NCBI GenBank assembly: GCA_044353325.1
Contig: JBILCF010000008.1
Location: forward strand, 1 to 30,326
Direction of reading: 5' to 3'
DNA from: Chitinophagaceae bacterium
GTDB lineage: Bacteria > Bacteroidota > Bacteroidia > Chitinophagales > Chitinophagaceae
DNA: 30,326 nt
Each line of letters begins with the position of its first letter. The first letter of the stretch is position 1. A program made the position numbers and the translations under genes. A model generated the notes under the pieces. The model saw nothing but the letters and a program-made list of their open reading frames with translations. It was not told the DNA's origin and searched no databases. Positions 1 through 9,830 of this stretch are shown in pieces.

Positions 1-1
1 T

Positions 2-691
2 AAACATGTTATAGAAGCTTGCCACGAAGCTTTGACGCGTTTACAAGTTGATTATTTAGATCTTTATTTTTGTCATAGACCCGATAAGCAAACACCAATT
101 GAGGAAACTGTATTGGCTATGAATACGCTGATACAACAAGGTAAAATATTGTATTGGGGTACGAGCGAATGGAGTGGTGTAGAAATCATGGAAGCCCATC
201 GCGTAGCGGAAAAATACCGTATCATAGGTCCTACGATGGAACAACCGCAGTATAATTTATTTACTCGCGAAAAAGTAGAAAATGAATATCTCAGCATCTA
301 TGAATCTGTAGGTCTCGGTACCACCATTTGGAGTCCATTGGCTACTGGTTTGCTGTCTGGCAAATACAATGATGACAAATCGCCCAAAGGTTCTCGCTTA
401 GGCATGAAAGGATTTGAGTGGCTTGCTGAACGTTGGCTTACTAAAGATAAATTGGATAAGGTAAAAAAATTAGCTGCCGTAGCTGATGATTTGTCCATTA
501 CGATGGCACAATTGAGTATAGCTTGGTGTCTCAAAAATCCACATGTATCTACTGTTATTTTAGGCGCTACGCAAAAAAATCAATTGGTTGACAATTTGGG
601 TTCAATGGATGCTTTAGAAAAATTGACACCAGAAGTAATGGCCAAAATCGAAAAAATAGTAGCTACCAAACCTATATTACCTGCTTTTTAA
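2..691 (+). CDS. Aldo/keto reductase, Kv-beta (potassium channel beta subunit)-like; 5' end lies outside the window
   Basis: The frame is open from base 2, and the track's start at 32 is an internal TTG. The translation (DYLDLYFCHRPD, YWGTSEWS, AIAWCL...VSTVILGA) closely resembles Kv-beta2/AKR6-type aldo-keto reductases. Stop codon TAA at 689-691. Confidence 0.85.
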   Translation, partial: KHVIEACHEALTRLQVDYLDLYFCHRPDKQTPIEETVLAMNTLIQQGKILYWGTSEWSGVEIMEAHRVAEKYRIIGPTMEQPQYNLFTREKVENEYLSIYESVGLGTTIWSPLATGLLSGKYNDDKSPKGSRLGMKGFEWLAERWLTKDKLDKVKKLAAVADDLSITMAQLSIAWCLKNPHVSTVILGATQKNQLVDNLGSMDALEKLTPEVMAKIEKIVATKPILPAF

Positions 692-1420
692 TTAACTCAA
701 CACAGCGTGTAATACTTCGGGACTTTTGAGCTCGCTCATATGTGGTATATGCAAGCGAAGATATTGAATACAATATGCAAGAATATTTTTGCGCTGTATA
801 TGATTGAGTTGTATGGAATCGTGCAATGAAGAATCGATATATGTTGCCAATATTTCAGAAGTCGGTTCATCAATAAATGTACTATGTGTCATAGGTATAT
901 GAGGTACAAATTTGCCAAGACTCAAATCAAAAAAAAGATCTGCTTCATGGTCTTTTCGCTGCATACCAAATCCTAATCGATCAGAAAGTTCTATGGTAAA
1001 CTGAATTGGAAAGTCTGCAAGTGCCGAATCATCTTGTTGGTCGACATGCTTGAAACAATCATCAAAGAAATCAAACAATTCAATGTTGCTTTCTGGTTCA
1101 GTAATCGTCTTGGCTATAAGTTCGGCCATGTATATTGCAATGGCGTTTTTGACTATACTTCGTTGCACATGTTGATACAAATAATATACTCGTGCTTCTT
1201 TGATGCGTTGCAAATTTTTGTTGGGATGGTGATAAACGATTAAATCCAATAATGTTGCCGACTGATAAATATTGGCTTTCGTAGAAGATTTTTTATCTGT
1301 ACGTACACCATTGACCAAATAACTTTGTAATCCAAATATAGCAGTGTATATATGAACTATAATGCTGGTATCGCCATATTTGATGGAGCGAAGTACAATA
1401 CCTTTGGTAGAATGTAGCAT
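692..1420 (-). CDS. recO: DNA repair protein RecO
   Basis: 242 aa with an ATG start. The N-terminus MLHSTKGIVLRSIKYGDTSIIV matches the typical RecO OB-fold start, and the length is typical. It is convergent with the AKR gene with zero spacer. Confidence 0.85.
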   Translation of the reverse strand: MLHSTKGIVLRSIKYGDTSIIVHIYTAIFGLQSYLVNGVRTDKKSSTKANIYQSATLLDLIVYHHPNKNLQRIKEARVYYLYQHVQRSIVKNAIAIYMAELIAKTITEPESNIELFDFFDDCFKHVDQQDDSALADFPIQFTIELSDRLGFGMQRKDHEADLFFDLSLGKFVPHIPMTHSTFIDEPTSEILATYIDSSLHDSIQLNHIQRKNILAYCIQYLRLHIPHMSELKSPEVLHAVLS

Positions 1421-1441
1421 GGGGTTGTGTTGTGAAAAATG

Positions 1442-3727
1442 TTATTCGTTAAACACAAATTTACCAGCTTTAGCTTCGCTACCATCTGTGTTGGTCACAA
1501 ACACATAATACACTCCAGTGCTAGGTCGTTTACCAGTATAGGTTTCGCCATTCCAAGTAGCTTGTCCACCTGTTGCAATGGTTCTATATACTAATTGTCC
1601 ATTGACATCTGTAATACGTACATCAGCATTTTCTACCAAACCTTTGATCGCTATCATACCATTGTAAGCACTTGGTACGGGGTTAGGAAATACAAGCAGT
1701 TCATCATTATTTTTACTTCCTTCAGTTGCATTTCCTCTGTACGAAATTAAACCTGCATTGGTGGCAATAAAGACTTCACCTGTAGTAGGATGTACTACAA
1801 TCTTATTGATTTCATTGCTTGGCAATGGGCTGTTATCTTTATTAAATTGATGTATAATTTTTTCAGCATCATCGCTGATAAGCCATATACCATTGTTGGT
1901 TCCAATCCATTTATTGTTGGCACCATCTACTGCAATTGTTTTAACTGCTTCACGCTGAAAAAGTAGGCCTGCATTTAAGTCATATTTTACGATTTTCAAT
2001 TCGGCATCGCAGCCAGATTGTGTGAAAACACTTTCGGGACAATTAAATATTCCAATACCATCTGAAGTACCAACCCATAGTTTACCATTTTTATCTTTTG
2101 TGATGCAATAAATTTCATTGTTGGGTAAATTGCCATAGCCAACTCCTGTAGTCAGTTTTTTAGTTTTGTCATCGTTTTTATTATCAATTGTACCATTATC
2201 GTCGAGCACATACAATCCTATACCACGTGGCGCTACCATCCATTTGTGGTTAGCATTGTCTATTTCTATTTGACTCGCTGCTCGCTCACTTGCTGCGTAT
2301 TGAAAAGAGAATTTTTGCCATGAGCCATCTTTCTTTTTGACCACCAATTGATCTGACGCACCATAATTGCTCATCCACAAATTTTGTTGATCATCAAATT
2401 TTAAATCTACCAATCGAAATGCATTCGGATCACCAATTGTAGGTTGTATGTAAGGAGTATTTTTGTAAACTGTGGCCTGGTTGTTAGACATATTGAGTTC
2501 CACCAACCCGCCGCCAAACGAAGCAGCAAAAGCATGTCCTGTAACGGGGTCTATGGCTACGTCCAATATATCGAGTACAGTATCCATACTTGCCGTATTG
2601 TTGTAGCGGTTAAACGACTTCCATTGTCCGGCTTTTAGTCTTGAAAACCCTGATGAGCTGAAAGTATAAATCCAGTCGCGTTCTGCACCGCCAGAAACAT
2701 ACAATTCGTTGTTATAGATACTTAAATTATAGATTGTATTGTCAAAGATAGAGTTTGGACTAATTAATTGTCGTTCATTATAATTTGTGACACGAGTCAT
2801 ACCTTGCCAAAAGTCTGCAACCCAAACCTGATTAGGTGAATATTCGACTACATCAAATGGATTGACTTGAACAATCGAATCAAGCAATACACCATTAGTG
2901 CCAAATATGCGGATGCCGCGTTGGTCCTTGTCCGATTCGCAAATGTAGAATTTCGTAGCACCTGTACGACATCGAACTATCTCCGATTGGCTTGCATAAA
3001 TCGGTATTGTATTAGCTCCATCAATATGAAATAACGTATCGGTAGAAGCGCAATAAAGTTTGTTGTCGAAAGAAAATACATAGTCCAAACCTCCATTGGT
3101 TGATTTGGTCCAGTTTGCAAAGTTTTGTAAAACAGGATTGTTGATATCTGCAGTATACAATCCATCACTTGTAGCGGCTACAAAGTTATCGTTGTATAGT
3201 GTCAAATCTTTAACCTTAAGAATTTCATTGGCTGCTTGCAGCGTATAAGTTTCTTTGATTTCACGTTTGATAGGGTCCAATACCACAATACCAAAGTCAG
3301 TAGAGAGGTAAACAAGCTTCCCTTTGAAGAACACATTATTGATAAGCTTACTGCCTGTTATATTCAGGTTTTTTATATCTGGAATATTGTAGAAAACTTG
3401 ATCTTTGAGCAAGTCAATATTACTATTTTGGTATATGATAACCATAAACCCAGTAGCTTCATCATATCGGATTTGCCGAATACCTACATCGCTCAGTCCA
3501 TTGACTTTTGAATACGTTGTAAATTCATTGCCACCTATAGAAAAGACATAAATATGATTACCTCCTGCAAATATACGATCGCCCACTTTTTCAATCGTAT
3601 TGACAGAGGTATATGAAAAATGAGTTTGCCAACTGCCTATAGGTACCTGCTGTGCTGAAGCTGGAAAAATTAGTGCTGTGAGGATGAACAGGATTGACAG
3701 CGTTTTCATTTTTTTCAAAAAAATCAT
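1442..3727 (-). CDS. Secreted two-propeller protein with a T9SS C-terminal sorting domain; PorZ-like
   Basis: 761 aa. It has a signal peptide (MKTLSILFILTALIFPASAQQ; an alternative ATG start lies at 3709) and repeated beta-propeller-type segments. The C-terminal ~80 aa (LLVFPNPV...GVYYVFV...GKFVFNE) match the Por/T9SS CTD pattern. Size and architecture fit PorZ, but that name is inferred rather than demonstrated. Confidence 0.7.
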   Translation of the reverse strand: MIFLKKMKTLSILFILTALIFPASAQQVPIGSWQTHFSYTSVNTIEKVGDRIFAGGNHIYVFSIGGNEFTTYSKVNGLSDVGIRQIRYDEATGFMVIIYQNSNIDLLKDQVFYNIPDIKNLNITGSKLINNVFFKGKLVYLSTDFGIVVLDPIKREIKETYTLQAANEILKVKDLTLYNDNFVAATSDGLYTADINNPVLQNFANWTKSTNGGLDYVFSFDNKLYCASTDTLFHIDGANTIPIYASQSEIVRCRTGATKFYICESDKDQRGIRIFGTNGVLLDSIVQVNPFDVVEYSPNQVWVADFWQGMTRVTNYNERQLISPNSIFDNTIYNLSIYNNELYVSGGAERDWIYTFSSSGFSRLKAGQWKSFNRYNNTASMDTVLDILDVAIDPVTGHAFAASFGGGLVELNMSNNQATVYKNTPYIQPTIGDPNAFRLVDLKFDDQQNLWMSNYGASDQLVVKKKDGSWQKFSFQYAASERAASQIEIDNANHKWMVAPRGIGLYVLDDNGTIDNKNDDKTKKLTTGVGYGNLPNNEIYCITKDKNGKLWVGTSDGIGIFNCPESVFTQSGCDAELKIVKYDLNAGLLFQREAVKTIAVDGANNKWIGTNNGIWLISDDAEKIIHQFNKDNSPLPSNEINKIVVHPTTGEVFIATNAGLISYRGNATEGSKNNDELLVFPNPVPSAYNGMIAIKGLVENADVRITDVNGQLVYRTIATGGQATWNGETYTGKRPSTGVYYVFVTNTDGSEAKAGKFVFNE

Positions 3728-3815
3728 AATGTGTTTATAAACGTCTAAAATTAAAGAATATTATCGATTCTGCTATAAAATTTGCGTAAGGTGCTAGCAT
3801 TCCACACGTATGTGG

Positions 3816-3823
3816 TATATTTG
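3816..3823 (+). promoter_or_regulatory. Candidate Bacteroidota -7 promoter box (TATATTTG, matches TAnnTTTG)
   Basis: Exact match to the TAnnTTTG consensus, with 8 nt between the box and the ATG at 3832. It is flanked by a 9-bp direct repeat, CGTATGTGG. Confidence 0.3.
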
Positions 3824-3831
3824 GCCTCCGT

Positions 3832-6141
3832 ATGTGGCATCATTTATCCGTATTTATTTTACGTTTTCGAATTCCTGTTTTAGCCGTTTTGCTATTACTG
3901 ACCCTTGTCATGGGCTTTTTTGCTTCAAAAGTCAAAATGAGTTATGAAATGGCAAGTGCCATTCCTACCGACAATCCCAAATATGTTGAATACCAAAATT
4001 TTAAAAAAATGTTTGGTGAAGATGGCTCGATGTTAGCTATCGGCTTCGACCGCAAAGATGTATTTCAGCCTGCATTTTTTAAAGCATTTACAGAGTGGCA
4101 AAAAAACTTAAAAAACGTGGATGGCGTTGACAATATGCTCAGCGTACCAACCGCTATTACAATTACAAAAGTGGAACAAGACAGCAGTTCAAAATTACGC
4201 ACAACTGCAATATTTGATGGACCTGACTTTGATTCCAATGTTGCTACCTTTTTAAACTTACCTTTTTACCGCAACTTATTGTATAATCCAGAAACGGGTT
4301 CATACCTCACGGCAGTGTACATTAAAAAAGAACATTTGTTTTCAGAAAAAAGGGTCAAAGTGGTGCAAGATATTGTTGCACTCACTGACTCATTTGCTCA
4401 AGCAAATCAAATGGAAGCCCATTATTCAGGTTTACCATTTATTCGTACACAGTTTGCCGAAAGTGTCAAATATGAGATGCGTCTTATCTTGCTTGTATCG
4501 TTGTTATTGACCTCAATCATTTTATTTTTATTTTTCAGGTCATTTAGTTCGGTGCTTTTCTCGATGTTGATTGTCATTGCAGGTGTAGTTTGGGCGTTGG
4601 GCTTCTTAGGATTATTTCAGTTTAAAATTACGATATTATCAGCCCTTATAGCGCCATTGTTGGTCGTGATAGGATTGCCCAATTGTATTTACTTTTTAAA
4701 TAAATACCATACACAGTTTGCGATATATAAAGATAAAAAAATGGCCCTAACAGCCATGGTCGATCGAATGGGTGTTGTTACATTATTTACAAATCTCACT
4801 GCTGCTATTGGGTTTGGGGTATTTTATTTTACTAAAAGTCAAGTCTTAAAAGAGTTTGGTTTAGTATCTGGCTTAAGTATTATGGCTGTGTTTGTGATTT
4901 CCCTTTTTGCTATTCCAGCCATTTTTAGTTTTTTACAAGCACCGCAAGAAAAACATACACGTTACCTAGAAAACAAGACCTTGACCAGCATTTTGCTTAA
5001 GTTTGAACATTGGGTATTTAATCATCGTAAGATGGTGTATTTATTCTGGACACTACTCATTGTCGTTTCGGGTATCGGTATGTTGAACCTCCATTCGGAG
5101 GGGCATATCGTGGATGATTTACCCAAGAAAAATAAAATTTATACTGATTTAAAGTATTTTGAAAAAAACTTCAACGGGGTAATGCCTTTAGAAATCGTTA
5201 TTGATACACGCAAAAAACAAGGTGCAATCAACTTAGGTACAATAGCCAAAATAGATGAACTGACTTCGATGCTACGCGAATTTAAAGAGATGTCCAAGCC
5301 ATTGTCTATGGTAGAAGCCATCAAATTTGCACGCCAGGCTTATTACGATGGCGATAGCTCCAGCTATGGTGTTCCCAATAGTTTTGATATTGCATTTTTA
5401 TTGCCTTATCTCAAAATGAAATCTGACGGGAAACAAACTCAAATGAGTAAAATAACGAGTTCATTTACAGATAGTACCAAACGATATGCACGTGTCAGTG
5501 TAAGTATGGCCGATATAGGCAGTGTGAAATTGCCTATCCTCTTAGACAGTATCAATAAACGTGCTGTCGAAATTTTTGACACTTCACGCTATTCGATTTC
5601 GTATACAGGAACAGGTGTTGTATTTCTCGAAGGGAGCAAATTCATTATCAGTAGCCTTACAGAAAGTGTTTTATTAGCGTTGTTGATGATTATTGTTTGT
5701 ATGGCATTTTTATTTCGATCATGGCGAATTGTGGTTATTTCTATCGTTACTAACTTGATTCCATTGGTCATTACAGCAGGCGTCATGGGCTTTTTTGGTA
5801 TACCTTTAAAACCTTCAACTGTATTGGTATTCAGTATTGCCTTAGGTATTGCAATCGATGTCACGATTCGATTTTTGGTCAACTACAAACAAGATTTACC
5901 GAAAAACAATTACGATATTCAAGAAACGGTCAAACAAACAATCCAAGAAACTGGAATTAGCATTATCTATACGTCGCTCATTTTAGCAGCAGGTTTTGTC
6001 GTATTTTTAGTGTCTCAGTTTGATGGTACCAAAGCATTAGGTTACTTAACAGCATTAACCTTGTTTATGGCTATGATTACCAACTTAACCATCTTGCCAG
6101 CGCTTTTAGTTTGGTTTGACAAGCAGAAGAAAAAAGGGTAA
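3832..6141 (+). CDS. RND-superfamily / MMPL-type (sterol-sensing-domain-like) membrane transporter
   Basis: 769 aa. There are two hydrophobic blocks of multiple TM helices (about aa 215-370 and 610-760), each preceded by a large soluble loop, which is typical of predicted RND/MMPL exporters. Confidence 0.8.
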   Translation: MWHHLSVFILRFRIPVLAVLLLLTLVMGFFASKVKMSYEMASAIPTDNPKYVEYQNFKKMFGEDGSMLAIGFDRKDVFQPAFFKAFTEWQKNLKNVDGVDNMLSVPTAITITKVEQDSSSKLRTTAIFDGPDFDSNVATFLNLPFYRNLLYNPETGSYLTAVYIKKEHLFSEKRVKVVQDIVALTDSFAQANQMEAHYSGLPFIRTQFAESVKYEMRLILLVSLLLTSIILFLFFRSFSSVLFSMLIVIAGVVWALGFLGLFQFKITILSALIAPLLVVIGLPNCIYFLNKYHTQFAIYKDKKMALTAMVDRMGVVTLFTNLTAAIGFGVFYFTKSQVLKEFGLVSGLSIMAVFVISLFAIPAIFSFLQAPQEKHTRYLENKTLTSILLKFEHWVFNHRKMVYLFWTLLIVVSGIGMLNLHSEGHIVDDLPKKNKIYTDLKYFEKNFNGVMPLEIVIDTRKKQGAINLGTIAKIDELTSMLREFKEMSKPLSMVEAIKFARQAYYDGDSSSYGVPNSFDIAFLLPYLKMKSDGKQTQMSKITSSFTDSTKRYARVSVSMADIGSVKLPILLDSINKRAVEIFDTSRYSISYTGTGVVFLEGSKFIISSLTESVLLALLMIIVCMAFLFRSWRIVVISIVTNLIPLVITAGVMGFFGIPLKPSTVLVFSIALGIAIDVTIRFLVNYKQDLPKNNYDIQETVKQTIQETGISIIYTSLILAAGFVVFLVSQFDGTKALGYLTALTLFMAMITNLTILPALLVWFDKQKKKG

Positions 6142-6149
6142 TTTAAATT

Positions 6150-6590
6150 CTAAAATCTCAGTGTGCGTTTTAGATCGCGTTCAGCATCTTTGGCTTTAAT
6201 GCTATCACGTTTGTCATGCACTTTTTTACCTCTAGCCAAGGCTATTTCTAGTTTGGCATAGCCACTTTCACTTAAAAAAATACGAAGCGGGATAATCGTA
6301 AAACCTTTCTCTTTGGTTTTGGCTTCAAGCTTGCGCAATTCCTTTTTGGTCATCAACAGTTTTCGATCACGGATCGGATTATGATTGTTGGCTGTACCAA
6401 ATGAGTATTCTGCAATATGTAAGCTTTTAATCCACAATTCGCCTTGCTGCAAAAAACAATAACTGTCGTTAAAACTGGTTTTGCCTTGTCGCATCGATTT
6501 GATTTCGGTGCCAAGCAATACCATTCCAGCCGTAAAACGTTGTTCTATGGCATAATGAAAAGTAGCTGATCTGTTTGAAATTTCCTTCAT
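6150..6590 (-). CDS. smpB: SsrA-binding protein SmpB
   Basis: The translation (ATFHYAIEQRFTAGMVLLGTEIKS...WIKSLHIAEY...RDRKLLMTKKEL) is classic SmpB. I chose the ATG at 6590 (MKEISNR) over the track's TTG at 6602, because a TAnnTTTG box overlaps the TTG. Confidence 0.9.
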   Translation of the reverse strand: MKEISNRSATFHYAIEQRFTAGMVLLGTEIKSMRQGKTSFNDSYCFLQQGELWIKSLHIAEYSFGTANNHNPIRDRKLLMTKKELRKLEAKTKEKGFTIIPLRIFLSESGYAKLEIALARGKKVHDKRDSIKAKDAERDLKRTLRF

Positions 6591-6599
6591 GTCGTAGTG

Positions 6600-6607
6600 C
6601 AAATGTA
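6600..6607 (-). promoter_or_regulatory. Candidate -7 promoter box for smpB (TACATTTG on the minus strand)
   Basis: The reverse complement of 6600-6607 is TACATTTG, which matches TAnnTTTG. It lies 9 nt upstream of the ATG at 6590. Confidence 0.3.
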
Positions 6608-6844
6608 CTACCTTTTTGTGAAGCGTTCAATGCAACAAATTCCAATTTAAAAAAGTAGTTTATACCAATGTGAAATGGCTCGCAGACCATTTCTTACAGT
6701 GGTAAATGCCGATACTACATGAATATAGTACAATGAGTCCTAAGACGAAATTGGACTATTTATAAATGTGTAATCGGTATTAGCTTTCTGAATGTGCAAA
6801 ATTCTATTTTTTAAAGTACTTTCATGCCCTGAAAATAATTTTGG

Positions 6845-8338
6845 ATGACAGAAGCACATTTTTTACCGTATCGACAAGCTACTATTGGCCACGACCAAAC
6901 CTTTCCTTCTCCTTTTGGCGAACAAAAAATGATTTATGCCGATTGGATAGCAAGTGGTCGATTATATGCTCCAATAGAAAAAACGCTATTGGAGGATGTA
7001 TTTCCTTTTTGTGGCAATACACATACCGAAACTTCAATTACAGGAACCCTGATGACCAATGCCTACCACGAGGCCAAAGAGTATATCAAAAAACAAGTCA
7101 ATGCGCATACAAGTGATGCTTTGATTTTTTCAGGAACTGGCATGACGGATTCAATCAATAAATTGCAACGGATACTAGGTCTTCGCCTACCCGATACGAG
7201 CCGTCTGTACATACCAGATTTTAAAGCCAAATGCCATATCGAAGAATCTAAACGACCTGTGGTATTTGTGACCCATATGGAACATCATTCCAACCACACT
7301 TCATGGTTAGAAACCATTGCTGATGTCGAAATTATTAATCCCGACGAACATGGTCATGTCGATTTAAACCATTTTGAAACCTTGTTGAAACAATATCAAC
7401 ATAGACCACTCAAAATAGCATCCGTCACAGCAGCATCAAACGTGACAGGCTTGATAACTCCATACTACACCATAGCAGAAATGATTCATCAAATTGGTGG
7501 TTTGTGCTTTGTCGATTTTGCATGTTCAGGTCCGTATGTCGATATAGATATGCATCCTGCTAATGAAGGTAAATGCCTCGATGCCATATTTATTTCGCCT
7601 CACAAATTTTTAGGCGGACCAGCTACGCCTGGTATCATGATACTTAATACTGCTTTGTGTCAAAATACAATTCCAGATCATTCAGGAGGTGGTACAGTGC
7701 GTTTTACTACACCTTGGAAAACACATGAATACTATGCCAATGTAGAAGATCGTGAAGATGGTGGCACGCCTGGTTTTTTGCAAGGCATTAAAGCATCATT
7801 GTGTTTCAAACTGAAAAAAGAAATGGGTGTAGCACAAATACTACATCGCGAAATGCTGATGTTGAAAAAAGTATTTCAACAACTCAAAACGATTCCAAAT
7901 TTACATATTCTTGCTTCAGAAGTAGAACATCGAATTGGTGCAATTTCATTTTATGTTGATGGTTTACATTTCAATTTAGGCGTAAAACTGCTCAACGATT
8001 ATTTTGGCATACAAGTGCGTGGTGGATGCGCTTGCGCTGGTACCTATGGTCACTATCTACTCAATATCAACCGTGAAGAATCTAAGGCTATTTTAGAGCA
8101 AATCAATCAAGGCAATTTGTTTGTTCGTCCGGGTTGGATACGCTTATCTATACATCCAACGATGACCGATTTAGAGTTGGATACGATATTGAATGCTATC
8201 GCATACGTAGCCGAACATTTTGAAGAAATGGGCAAGGATTACACTTATTTACCTAAGAAAAATATTTTTAAACACAATACTTTCGAATCTTCGTTTGAAA
8301 CAAACTTCTTACATAATTTGTACGAAAAACCGTTTTAA
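6845..8338 (+). CDS. Aminotransferase class V-fold PLP-dependent enzyme (cysteine desulfurase / selenocysteine lyase-like)
   Basis: 497 aa with an ATG start. The HMEHHSN and SPHKFLGGP motifs fit the S-x-H-K PLP-lysine motif, and overall it resembles the class V fold. Confidence 0.8.
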   Translation: MTEAHFLPYRQATIGHDQTFPSPFGEQKMIYADWIASGRLYAPIEKTLLEDVFPFCGNTHTETSITGTLMTNAYHEAKEYIKKQVNAHTSDALIFSGTGMTDSINKLQRILGLRLPDTSRLYIPDFKAKCHIEESKRPVVFVTHMEHHSNHTSWLETIADVEIINPDEHGHVDLNHFETLLKQYQHRPLKIASVTAASNVTGLITPYYTIAEMIHQIGGLCFVDFACSGPYVDIDMHPANEGKCLDAIFISPHKFLGGPATPGIMILNTALCQNTIPDHSGGGTVRFTTPWKTHEYYANVEDREDGGTPGFLQGIKASLCFKLKKEMGVAQILHREMLMLKKVFQQLKTIPNLHILASEVEHRIGAISFYVDGLHFNLGVKLLNDYFGIQVRGGCACAGTYGHYLLNINREESKAILEQINQGNLFVRPGWIRLSIHPTMTDLELDTILNAIAYVAEHFEEMGKDYTYLPKKNIFKHNTFESSFETNFLHNLYEKPF

Positions 8339-9477
8339 CTTACACTTTCAATTGCTTGAATATAAATATCATTCAATTGCTTACCTACAGCATCATAACT
8401 GTATAGTTGCGAAGCAGTCTCAGCTATCTGTTTGTTCGAATATCGTGCATAGTTATCTATCATATCCTGCATAGCTTTTGTGAGTAATGCAACATCGTTG
8501 GGAGGAACAAGTATACCATTGGTATCATCAATCAACTCTTTGACACCACCGACTGCCGAAGTGATCACAGGCAAGCCGCAACATAGCCATTCGAGTACTG
8601 CACAGGACTGGGTTTCGTTGAAACTAAACAGAATTCCTGCATGGGCGACTTGCACTTGTTTGGCGACTTCGGCATAGGTCATTTCCGGTAGAAAATGAAC
8701 ACGATTCATTGCCCATTTTTTACCTTCTATGAGTTTGGTATTTTTCTTTGATGTATTGCCTACAATGACAAGCTCCACATGTTGTCGTTCTTTGGCTAGT
8801 TTGGCAAAGGCTTGCAGTATGCCAGGTATATTTTTGATATCATCGCCATTGGAGACATGTATAAATCTAAACCGGTCTTGCGTCTTATTTTCCTTATGAA
8901 AAAACAAGGATGTGTTTACCACATTGGGAACTACCGTAAAAGCTTTTTCGCAAACATGCGTATTCATATCGTTGCCTAAGCTTATACTTACAGGCAGTAG
9001 GTTTAAAGCTTGTTGGAGAATACGCTTCGTGAAAAACTTAAAAAAATAATTGCGCTGACTATAGCGATCCTTGACTTCGTTGTTGTAAATACCATAATGT
9101 TCAGTAACCAAGAAAGGAAGTTTATATATTCGTTTCCATCGAAGTGCAATGAGGCCACTTTTGATAGGTATGTGTACATGAATCAAATCGGGCTTGCCTT
9201 TGCGGCTAAAATAATCATTGATAAAGGATTCATGCAATTGAAAAAAATCCTTCAAACGAATAATTTTATGCACCGCTTTACTGTGATAAATGGTTTCGCA
9301 CAAGTGAGCATTGGGATGCGTAATGACACATTTATCCTCCTGCGCATCTACAATATGCACCACTTCGATATCGGCATACCGCGAAGCTGCAAGCGCCTGA
9401 CGCTGTATAAAATCGCCAGTGAACCGATCGATTTCGTTCGGATACCAACTACACAGCCAAATGATTTTCTTGCGCAT
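8335..9477 (-). CDS. Glycosyltransferase family 4 (GT-B)
   Basis: 380 aa with an ATG start. The C-terminal half carries the GT4/GT1 signature (E-x7-E-like region: NETQSCAVLEWLCCGLPVITSAVGGVKELI). Its stop overlaps the stop of the convergent gene by 2 nt. Confidence 0.8.
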   Translation of the reverse strand: MRKKIIWLCSWYPNEIDRFTGDFIQRQALAASRYADIEVVHIVDAQEDKCVITHPNAHLCETIYHSKAVHKIIRLKDFFQLHESFINDYFSRKGKPDLIHVHIPIKSGLIALRWKRIYKLPFLVTEHYGIYNNEVKDRYSQRNYFFKFFTKRILQQALNLLPVSISLGNDMNTHVCEKAFTVVPNVVNTSLFFHKENKTQDRFRFIHVSNGDDIKNIPGILQAFAKLAKERQHVELVIVGNTSKKNTKLIEGKKWAMNRVHFLPEMTYAEVAKQVQVAHAGILFSFNETQSCAVLEWLCCGLPVITSAVGGVKELIDDTNGILVPPNDVALLTKAMQDMIDNYARYSNKQIAETASQLYSYDAVGKQLNDIYIQAIESVS

Positions 9478-9770
9478 TCTGTATGTGAAAGTAAGAAAAA
9501 AAGAAGATATGCAAACATCAAATGAGGAAGAAAAATATTGGAGCCAAGCTTTGACTTACGATTCAACTGCTTCTCGCTGCTAGCAGCGCACTGCACTTGC
9601 TTACATCGAGGCTATCCTTCAGGAACATATACTTTATTGGGCAGAGTCAATGCAGAACTTTTTTTTCATTACAATACTAAATCGGTTCGGAAAAACTTTT
9701 TGATTTGCGCTTCGGGATGCCGCAAAGCCGAACATCCCAAAGTACTTGATAAGTTATACATCTGATGCAT

Positions 9771-9813
9771 ATGTTTGAATCACGGATGATGATGATGACA
9801 CGGATTGCACTGA
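9771..9813. repeat. Inverted repeat arm A-left
   Basis: The reverse complement of ATGTTTGAATCACGGATGATGATGATGACACGGATTGCACTGA matches 10258-10300. Confidence 0.85.
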
Positions 9814-9830
9814 TTTTGATAAATTCATTT

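Noticed and set aside
6591-6602. TTG start for smpB at 6602 and TTG start for uppS at 15727, as given in the ORF track.
   Set aside because: In both cases a downstream ATG gives an N-terminus matching the family, and a TAnnTTTG promoter-like box overlaps or follows the upstream TTG.
9538-9765. 75-aa ORF, together with the overlapping 82-aa (9348-9596) and 171-aa (9010-9525) ORFs near the GT4 start.
   Set aside because: They lack any recognisable domain. They either overlap the well-supported GT4 gene in antisense or sit in hairpin-rich non-coding DNA, and their composition looks like random reading of the region.
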